Assembly: GCA_033442325.1 (NCBI GenBank)
Contig: JAWQFM010000011.1
Span: 1,757,327-1,821,326 of the forward strand
Direction of reading: 5' to 3'
From: Salpingoeca rosetta
Taxonomy: Eukaryota; Protista; Choanoflagellata
Length of the DNA: 64,000 nucleotides
Each line of letters begins with the position of its first letter. The stretch's first letter is position 1. The translations under genes were made by a program, and so were the position numbers. Of this stretch, positions 26,976 through 56,088 are shown piece by piece. Below the pieces are notes generated by a model, which did no database searches, was not told where the DNA came from, and was given only the letters and a program-made list of their open reading frames with translations.

Positions 26976-29900
26976 GGCTCCTTTGTGTTGCCTTTTGGCT
27001 GCAATCTCATGCATGACCCATGCTTGGGTGTTCTTCTTCCCCTGCCTGCCCTCACTCCCGGGGCATCGCAGCGCGTGTGACGGTGTCCCTAACCACATCA
27101 AGTGACCTCTACTTTTGTCTTAACGGAACCCATCAGGTGTGTGAGCTGAGGTTTGCGTGGCCTTTTAGTGTGAATGTATTGGAGGCAATGTGGCGTGCCT
27201 TGTGCATTCAGGTTTTGTCTTGGGACTTACATCACTCGTTTCCTGCATGCAGGGCGATGATGTCTACATCACCGCGGAGGCAACCGCAGCAGGCATTCCC
27301 CTTCCCGTCTCTGTATGTTCACACTCATGTATCTGTGTGCGTGTGTGTGTGCCAATGTGTCTTGTCAGTGTGTGTGTGTGTGTATGTGTGTGTGTGTGTG
27401 CCTGTCTGTATCTGTCTGTATCTGTCTTTCTGCATCTGTGTTTCCACGTACCATATACCTGTTGTCCACCTGCCCATGTCTCGTCTGCATTGTTTTGTCC
27501 GTTTGCTTGACTTTACCTCAGATGCTCCGCCACATCTCACCAACCCAACCCAACCCCCCAACCCTTCCCACCAACGCACCTTGCCCGTGGCAGATTGTGT
27601 TCCTGATTGTGCTGCTGGGCCTGTCTGGTCTGTTCTCCGGCCTCAACCTTGGTCTCATGTCCCTGGCGCCAAACGAGCTGGAGGTCATCTCTGCCTCTGG
27701 AGAGGGCAAGGAACAGCAGCATGCCCGCACCATCCTGCCCCTGCGCCGCCGCGGCAACCTCCTCCTCTGCACCGTCCTCCTCGGCAACGTGCTCGTCAAC
27801 TCCACCCTCGCCATTTTCCTCGACGGCCTCTTTGGCGGCCTGGCCGGTGTCCTCGGCTCCACCGCGGGCATTGTCATCTTTGGCGAGATTGTGCCCCAGT
27901 CCGTGTGCTCGCGCCACGCGCTTGCTGTCGGCGCGTATACCATCTGGCTGACCAAGTTCTTCATGGTGGTCACGTTCCCCATTGCGTATCCAATCAGCGT
28001 CGTCCTGGACAAGATCCTCGGGGACGAGGTTGGCGCCGTGTACATGCGCAAGCAGCTGCTGCACCTGCTGAAGATGCAGGACCCGTACAACGACCTGGAG
28101 CGCGACGAACTCGACATCATCACGGGCGCCCTCACGTACAAGACCAAGACGGCGGCGGACGTCATGACCAAGATGGAGGACGTGTTCATGCTCGACATCA
28201 ACTCCATCCTCGACTTCAAGACGGTCTCGCGCATCATCGACGACGGACACAGCCGCATCCCGACATACCGCGGGGAGCGTGACAACATTGTCGGCCTGCT
28301 GTATGTCAAGGACTTGGCGTTTATTGACCCGGACGACAAGACGCCGCTGGAGACGGTGATCAAGTACTACAAGCACCCGATTGAGGAGGTGTACACGACG
28401 ACGGCCCTGGACGAGATGCTCGACCTCTTCAAGAAGGGGCGCACCCACATGGTCATGGTCATCCACATCAACGCCGAGGTGGGAGACGGTGGTGCAATTG
28501 TGTGTGTTGGGGGTAGGTCTGTGTGTGTGTGTGTGTCTGTCTGTCTGTCTGTGTGTGGGTGTGTGTGGGTGTGTGGGTGTGTGGGTGTCTGTGTGTGTCT
28601 TTCTGTTGGGGCTGCTCTACCCTGGCGTCACCTCACGTCACCGCACCTCACGTCACCACTGCTGGTGTTCTGCTCGTGTGCTGCAGGATCCTGACCGGGA
28701 CCCCGTGCGAGAAGTGGTCGGCATTGCCACGCTGGAGGACGTCATTGAGGAAATCATCCAGGACGAAATCATCGACGAGACAGACCGATACCGTACGTCT
28801 TTGTTTTGTTGTTTGTTTGCTTGGTTGTCCGTACACGTGTGTACCTCTGTATATGCGTGCGCGTCCTTGTACCTGCGTCGCTCTTTTTGTTGTCCGGTCA
28901 CAACCTCACGTTGTGTGTCCCTGCACCTGCAGTTGACAACAAGACCAAGGCCCTCGTGCGTCGCGATGACCACAAGCCGTTTGCGCTCCCGCCAGCCGCC
29001 TTTGCCCGCGAGGAAACAAGCTTCCGCCTCTCCGATAATGTGTGTACTCGTGTGTGTGTGTGTGTGTGTGTGCGTGCGTGTGTGTGCGTGTGTGTGTGTG
29101 CGTGCGTGTGTGTGCGTCTGTATCTGTGTGTGTCTGTGTGTGTGTGTGTCTGTATCTGTGTGTGTCTGTGTGTGTGTGTGTGTGCGTGTGTGAAACATCC
29201 GCTTCAATGAATTTCCCTTACATCATCTCACGCGACAATTCTCTTGATTGCCCCTGCGTCACAGGTTGCGCTGGCCGTGTTCACGTACCTGGCAACTCAA
29301 TTTGAGGAATTCAGCCCCAACATCATTGGCGGTGCTGGTCAGTCAGTCACTAACATGTGCGTGTGTCTGAGAGTGTGCTCGGTGTGATTGTGTGCACTCG
29401 CGTGCATGTTTAGGTCATTGCTGTCAACTCGCCCTCCTCCTCTTCCCCCCCCCCCTCTTCGTTCGTCTCTTGTCCTTCTGCCTTCTCCTTCCCAAACATA
29501 CCGCCGCCGCCACCTGGCCCACTGCGTCGCTCACGGCTGTTCCCTGCGCCACCAGTGCTGAAGCGGCTGCTTGGGCGGCCCGAGTGCGTGCGTCTGCTGC
29601 AGAAGGAGGATCTGACCGAGGACGAGATGTGGCTCTATCGCGAGGGCGAGCCTGGAGACTTCTTCACCCTCGTCGTCGAAGGAAGCTTGACGGTGTGTGT
29701 CTGTGTGTGTGGGGGGGTGTGTGTGTGGGTGTGGGTGTGGGTGTGGGTGTGAGTGTGGGTGTGTCGGCGTGTGTGTCTGTGTATGGGTGTCTGTGTGTGT
29801 CTGAGTGTGTGTGTCTGTGTGTGTGTGGGTGGGTGTGTCTGTGTGTCTGTGTGTCTGTGGGTGTGGGTGTGGGTGTGTCTGTGTATGGGTGTCTGTGTAT

Positions 29901-30885
29901 GGGTGTCTGTGTGTGTCTGTGTGTGTCGCTGCGTGTCTGCCCCTCACTCGCCAATTTCTTCTCTCACATGCATACAAATTTGACACATTTGTGCCCTCAC
30001 CCTCACCCTCACCCCTCCTCTCTCGTCATCATCATCGTCATCTTCCATCAGGTGATTGTGGGCAAGGATCGGCTGCAGTTTGAGGCCGGCCCCTACCACG
30101 CCATCTGCCTCTCCGCGCTCACACAGCCTGGCTTTGTGTGCGACTTCTCCGCCCGCATCAAGACGAGCAAGGTCGTGCTCGTGTGCATCCCGCGCAAGCT
30201 CTACCTCGACGCCGTCGCCGCAAGCAAGATCACCAACCAGCGAGTGCGTTTGTTGTGTTGTGGTCAACGCAGAGGGAGAAAGGCAGTGAGAAGGGAGCGG
30301 TTGTCGCGCTGCCTGTCCATGCACACGTTTTTGCTTGTGCGTTTTGCTGGTCCCCTCGCCCGTTGTTCTATGATCTATACTTTGTCTCACCTTCACACAC
30401 CTTCACACGCACACACACCTTCACACACCTTCACACGCACACACACCTTCACACACACACGCACACACACACACACACACACCTTCACACACCTTCACAC
30501 ACCTTCACACACACACGCACACACTTTTCAGGAGCATCCTGAAGTGTTTGCGCTGGCGCAGCGCGCAGAGGCCGCGGCCCGCGAGCACCTCGCCCACGTC
30601 CACCATGACGACGACGACGACGACGACGATGACGGCAGCGGCAATGCTGGGACCGCCCCATCCCAGCAGCAGCCGAATGGTGTTGTTGGCGAACCGTCGT
30701 CCGCCTCCGCCGCCAACAACGGGGCCGGTTACGAAGAACGCAGGCAGGAGTCGCCACCGTACGAGCCAACGGCAACGCCGCCGCAGTTTGCACCACCAAC
30801 CAACGACTCTTCCTCAGCTAGGCTGTTAGACAACGACGACGACGACGCCCATGGCCACGGCGATAACGGTTTCAGCGTCGTGTAA
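26271..30885 (+). CDS. CNNM: CNNM/ACDP Mg2+ transporter (N-terminal extracellular domain, DUF21, CBS pair, CNBH). Start codon unresolved. Exons include 26455-26562, 27594-28478, 28687-28792, 28933-29039, 29556-29692, 30052-30243, 30532-30885
   Basis: [107 protein letters not shown], and CNBH-like [17 protein letters not shown]. Confidence 0.95.
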
Positions 30886-31660
30886 TTGCACACCACCCTC
30901 CACAAGCACTCCCCACCAATCGCTCCCCGACACCACACCAACCCAACACATACACACACACACACACATACACACACACACTCACTCACTCACTCAAACA
31001 CACACACACACACCATTTCCACACGATGAACGTGTTTATCCTTGTGTTTTTTGTGTCATCCTAAAACGTTGCCATGCTGTTTCCTTCTTGCTTGCCTTGT
31101 GTTCATTCACTCCCACATTGTAGTCGACCTCCCTTCCTTCCTCCTTGCTCTTGCCTCTCTTGCTTGGATCATGAACACAACACACGCACACACTCACACA
31201 TACATGTGCACAAAACCACACCAACACAAACATACCCAAATCAATGAGTACACAATCATCTTCGACAACGGCTGCGTTGGGGCACGCAAGCAAAATCAAG
31301 CAAGCACTTGAGGGTGAATACTGTGGTGGTTGCATGAGTGTTGGTGGCACGTGTGGGATGTGACGCACTCGTGTGTGGATTGCCATCTGTGACTCAGCGG
31401 TTTAAGGGACATCGAAACGTTGTAGGAAAAACAAACGCAGTGTAGGGAACTCAAATGGAGGACTCGAGGACTGTAGGTAGAGAGGTGGGTGGTGCTAACA
31501 CAAATCGAAGCAAAACACAACACACAGACGCTTGGATGAACGATCGAACACGCCGTCAGGTCTGTGCCTATGCCTCTTGCTACACCAAAACATACCGACA
31601 TACACACACACACACACGCACATACAAGTACACATACACGCTTGCGCACGTGGTGTGCGC

Positions 31661-51079
<19,419 letters not shown>

Positions 51080-52079
51080 TTTGATGCGCTTTGCCTTTGC
51101 CTTGCTGATCGTGGCTGGCGCAGTGACATCCACCGCTTACCGCAGAACCGCAAGCAGTACAAGCGGCGACCCGTCGATCGATGTCTTCTGCTAAGTAGTT
51201 GTGCTCTCGGCCACCACGCTTGTGATGGTTTGTCTTGTGTGTTGTAGGCGTGTGCGTGTATGCGTGTGCGCTCGTGAGTGGCAGTCTTGATGTTTGTGGC
51301 AGCTGCCTGGCGTGGCGCTTGGGCTGGTGTTGATCGTTGAGTGTTGTGGGCTGGCTGGGAGAAAACGCGGGCTGGACGAACGCGTTGAGTGCTGAGTGAG
51401 CCACCAACAACACACGTGTTGTGGGTGTCTCACCCTCGCGGTTGGAAGGACACAAATCGCGTGAGCAACGCATGACTTGGGGTAAGATTGTCCAGGACTC
51501 GGACAAGAGCGCTTCCTGTTTGATGGATCGAACTGATTCGAAGGATTCGAAGGCACGATTCTCTTTGTTCTCCCATCCAAATCGTGAGCCTACCCAAACC
51601 TTCGGTCCTCAAACACAGCATTGCGATCATTTCGCTCTGGCTTGGATTTGCACCAAAACGCGCATTTGACGATTGTCGGTGTTGCCCATGACTTTCCGTG
51701 TCTGGAGGCGCGAACCACTCAAACACGTGCGGCGCGGTTGCAGATGATGCTGTGTGTGTGCGTGCATGTGTGTGCATGTGTGTGAGTGTGTGCGTGTGTG
51801 TGTGGATGTGTGCGTGCACGCGAGCATGGGTTTATGGTTGAGGCATGCGCAATTTTGTGAATGCTGGATGCGTCAAGCTGTCAAGGCTGCTGTCACTGCT
51901 GCGTCTGCGCTCCGTGGCTATCGTACGTTTCAGCTTGTTTGCACTCCACTGCGCCTTGCACACACTCTCTCATGCTTCTTGTTGTGTAACAATCCATCAA
52001 TTGCAAGCAGAAGAAGCTCGCTGGCGCACAGAGTCGTCACAGCAGGCAGCCGGCCACGTATGGGTAACACACGCCAAAG

Positions 52080-52719
52080 GCAGCCCTGGCAGCAGAACAT
52101 GCGCTCATGATGCGCAACAGCGCAGGCCTTCCTCAATACACATACGACTTGCACGGTTTGTGTGTGACAGCCGCTGTCAGAGAAGTGAGGGTGCTCATCG
52201 CTGAAGCCAACGGTGAGTCTCGTTTGTGTGTGTTTGGCGGGTGTGTGCGTGTGCGTGCGTGTGTACGTGCGTGCGTGTGTGTGCGTGTGTGTGTGTGTGT
52301 GCGTGTGCATGTGTGTGTGTGCGTGAGTATTTCGGACACTCGTACCAACGTTCCCTTGGTATTTACGCGTTCCACTCCGCTTGTCGCACACGCTCACCTC
52401 TGTTCCATGCTTCATGCATGCGTTCCAGCCCGACGGCGCACAGGCGTGAAAGCGCCCTGCTCCTACTGTTTTGTGACGGGATCGGGACAGTACGGCAACG
52501 ACGTAAGCGTGCGTGCTGCTGGAACATGGTGGTATCTGCATTCGTGCATTTAAACCATTGATGCGTCCTCACTTGCTGTGTGCTGTGTGCAACACGTGTG
52601 TTCGCTGTCTGTAGTCGAGGATCAAGGCCGTGCTCAAGAACTACTGTACGGGATCCGGCCTCCGATACGAGGACGTGGACGGCGCAACCATCAAGATCAT
52701 CGCACGCCCCTACCGCTGA
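52080..52719 (+). CDS. Small Smr-domain endonuclease-like protein (resembles the N4BP2/Cue2/NONU-1 C-terminal module). Exons 52080-52212, 52444-52502, 52615-52719; 5' end unresolved, possibly from ~51826
   Basis: Spliced translation AALAAEHALMMRNSAGLPQYTYDLHGLCVTAAVREVRVLIAEANG|VKAPCSYCFVTGSGQYGND|SRIKAVLKNYCTGSGLRYEDVDGATIKIIARPYR*. It has DLHG, TGxG and RIK motifs in Smr spacing. Both GT-AG introns are phase-compatible. Confidence 0.82.
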
Positions 52720-53105
52720 GATACATGCTTGATTGTTGGTGCGTGTGTGTGCGTGCGCGCGCGTGTGTGTATGTGTGCGTTCTTTGCTTGCTGCTGTGGA
52801 TGCTGTTCTGTGTTTGTGTTTGCAGTCCCTCGTCCTGAGTACGTTAATTGAAGTCATGCGAAGTTTTATGTGCTGTAATGATGTGATGTGACATGGCATC
52901 AAGTAAACGTTCACTTTGAACAAAACAACGCATGAAACGGAAGGCACAGAGTAACGTGACAGCAAGATTGGGATCATTGACAACAAACAGCCATGATAAC
53001 ACACACTCACAAAGCAACACACTCACAAAGCAACACACACACATGCAACACGCAAAGCAATACTGTTCTTCCACCCCCCTCCCACACACACACTCACACA
53101 CACTA

Positions 53106-54452
53106 TCAGTCTGACAAGCATTCTGGGACAAAAGTGATGAGGGTGAAGAGTGCTGGTGCGAGGGCCTCGGCAAGCAAAAGGAGGCGGTTCTGGGCCCAGG
53201 ATGTGTAGTGGACCCAAGGGCCGATGATGAAGCCGCCAACGAGCCAAACCCCAAACAGAATACCACCAATCACGACCAGGATGGCGCCCGCGATGTACAT
53301 GGCGAGGCGGACCAGGTTGATGACGCCGTCGACGCTTTCGATGTCGGTCTCGTCTTCGTCACAGGAGTTGGCCAGTTTCAACAGAAGACGCCCGCCAAGG
53401 AGCATGGGTAGGCCAATGGGGATACCGGAGAGGCTGTACTTGTGGTAGCAGACGAGGTCGCGAACAGAGATGCCTGGTGGTTTGCCCAGGTTGATGCAGT
53501 AGTCGTTGAAGTCGGCGTTGGTGAGCGGAAACAGGACCAGGGCCTGCTGGCTGGCGATGACGAGGAACACCACGCTGTACAGCAGCTTGACCATGAAGCC
53601 TTTCAACCAGTTGCACCAGCCCCCCTGCTCCTCCTCCTCAAAGTCCTCATCCCGGGAGTTGTTGAAGTCATCGACGGAAATGTCCCGTTTCAGCGCGGCC
53701 TTGAGCGAGGGCAACATCACCAAGGTTTTCAGCTTGAGGCGCTCCAGTTCCATCTCCAGCAGGAGCACAAACATCTCCAGCAGGACGAACCCCATCAGGC
53801 CGAGGACCAGGCTGATGGTGGCCACCGTGCCTGGCGACAGCTTTGCTCCGATCCGGATGCCCAAGCTGCACTCGCTGGGGCCGACCGGCTCCAGTGTGCT
53901 CGTCGTGCCATTGGTCAAGATAAAGTCGCTGCAGCCAACCTCGCGCAGGAAATCGGGGCTGAGGCTTGAGCTAAACGCCGGACCGGGGAACACCATTTCG
54001 CCCTCCGCCGTCCACGACGGCGTGTACTCGTTGTCGTTGGTGGTCCAGGCGTGAAGTCGAGCACAGAGAACCACAAACTCAAACAGGAAGAAGATGAGGA
54101 AATGCACAATGGGCGCAACGAAGCGCACGCGACGCGCCGAGCGCGGGCGATGCAAGCAGCACTTCAGGATGAACCATGCCATGAAGCTGAGCACGAGGTT
54201 AGCGCCGACGATGCCGTACAAGATGAGGGCAGGCAGGTCCAGCACGTCGCTGAAGTACCACGGGGTGTCCAGGCTGCCTGGAATCGGCGTTGGCGCCGGC
54301 GTCTGCGTGGTGAAGGGGCCCGTCGTCCATGTCGAGGTCGGGGAGGAGGTCAACATGCTGGTGCTCGTCATGTTTGTTGTTGCACTGGTGGTGACATTGG
54401 TCCCGTTGAAGGTCGGGAACATGGTCGTGTTGGCCATAACCGTGGTGTTCAT
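53106..54452 (-). CDS. Intronless orphan multi-pass membrane protein (448 aa, ~7 TM) with a Thr-rich N-glycosylated N-terminus
   Basis: Uninterrupted GC3-rich ORF from ATG 54452. N-terminal sequons NTT, NTT, NGT, NVT, NMT with no signal peptide. About seven hydrophobic segments, two loops each with a Cys pair, and two acidic loops. Confidence 0.8.
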   Translation of the reverse strand: MNTTVMANTTMFPTFNGTNVTTSATTNMTSTSMLTSSPTSTWTTGPFTTQTPAPTPIPGSLDTPWYFSDVLDLPALILYGIVGANLVLSFMAWFILKCCLHRPRSARRVRFVAPIVHFLIFFLFEFVVLCARLHAWTTNDNEYTPSWTAEGEMVFPGPAFSSSLSPDFLREVGCSDFILTNGTTSTLEPVGPSECSLGIRIGAKLSPGTVATISLVLGLMGFVLLEMFVLLLEMELERLKLKTLVMLPSLKAALKRDISVDDFNNSRDEDFEEEEQGGWCNWLKGFMVKLLYSVVFLVIASQQALVLFPLTNADFNDYCINLGKPPGISVRDLVCYHKYSLSGIPIGLPMLLGGRLLLKLANSCDEDETDIESVDGVINLVRLAMYIAGAILVVIGGILFGVWLVGGFIIGPWVHYTSWAQNRLLLLAEALAPALFTLITFVPECLSD

Positions 54453-55548
54453 GGTTGTGTGTGTGTGTGTGTCTGTGTGTGTGTGTTTGTTGTACTTGTG
54501 TTGTACTGGTTCTGCTCTGTGTGAGTCGCTCTGTGTGAGTCGCAGCTCTGTGCAGCGTGCAGGCTGATGGTGTTTTGAGGTCGTGTGCGACTGTGGGAAA
54601 ATGGTCTGGAAAGAAGAAGCAGAGGAGCGTGGAAAGATTTGGCTGCTTGACAAGGGGAGCTGCCTGGGCTGGGCTGCGTTGGGTCGGACGCTATGACGTC
54701 GATCGATACGCTGGCCTGCTTGTCGATGGCAAGGGTGCTCGAGAAGGAAACGAGGGGAGGACTGGTGAACGGAGAAGAGAATGAGAGAAAGAAAGCACAA
54801 ACGTCACACCCGAGCTGTGCCAGTGCGTGTGGTCTTTGGTTTTTCTCTTTGGGAATCACTGCGTCGGAGACGGAGGAGTGGTCTAGTGGTGTCGCTGTAG
54901 GACTGTGTAGACGTGTGCTTTCTCCTCTTGCACCTGGAGGACACAACACACAGAACACACGCCAACGTCCAGCATGTCCAAAGACTGAGGGAGAAGCCTT
55001 TCGTGCAAACTTCGAGGGGATGTCCTTCCTCCTCTTGGTTCCTGTGCCTGCCGCTAGCCTGCTTGTGGCGCTGAAGCTCCAACGCGCGAAAGGCGAGGCG
55101 AAAGTCGGTCGACCACGCACTTTCCCAGCCAGCGCGCCAAGAAGGACCCGTTCTGGAAGTGGCGCGTCTCAGTCGCCACCCAAAGGTTAGAAGGTTTGTT
55201 GTGTGTCTTTGTTTGCGGTGTCGAAGCGAAACGCTGAAAAGCGTCTGGGTGCGTTTTCTAGGCTTCTCGCTGCTGCGTTGACCAACTGACTTGGGCCCGT
55301 TCCATTGGGTTGCGGTGGAGTGCAATTGGGAGAAATTGGGGCGTGGCCTCACGAAAGACAGCAAGAAGAAGCAAAGCTGCGCAGCAGCGCAGGGTTCATT
55401 TCTCAGCTGTTGCGCTTGTTGTCAGTGTTCTCCTCTCCTCTCCTCCCAGCCCCCCCCCCCCCTCCAAAGCAGCGCCACCGCAAGCTTGTGCGTTTCTCCG
55501 CACATCAGCCTTCAACTTCAGTTCTTCTGTTACAACAACAGAGCCACG

Positions 55549-55936
55549 ATGGCCTCCGAGCACCGCCTGACGGACGGCGTGTCTGTGGAGGCGATCAAGG
55601 CCTTCTTCGCAGACCTGAAGCGCGAGTTCCCCGACACATACACTGAGATGACCACGGAGGATGCCTGCAAGCAACTGGTTGTGCCACGCACACGCCAGGA
55701 CAACTGCGCCTACGTCGAGCAGCTGCGCAAGCAGTCGCCAGAGCACGTGAACAAGGCCACCGTGTTTGTGTCACACGCATGGCGGTACAAGATTGCAGAC
55801 GTGCTCAACGTCTTGCTGGAGTTTGCGGATGAGCAAGCAAGGAAGGACGCCGCCCAGCCCGTGTTCTTCTGGTTTGACCTCTTCATGAACAACCAAAACG
55901 CCAACGTCACGGCCAACCTCCCACAAGAGTGGTGCG

Positions 55937-55986
<50 letters not shown>

Positions 55987-56044
55987 CTCTTGCGCTCTTC
56001 AACAACCACTGCCACACGCACACAGACACACGCACACTGTTCCC

Positions 56045-56088
<44 letters not shown>

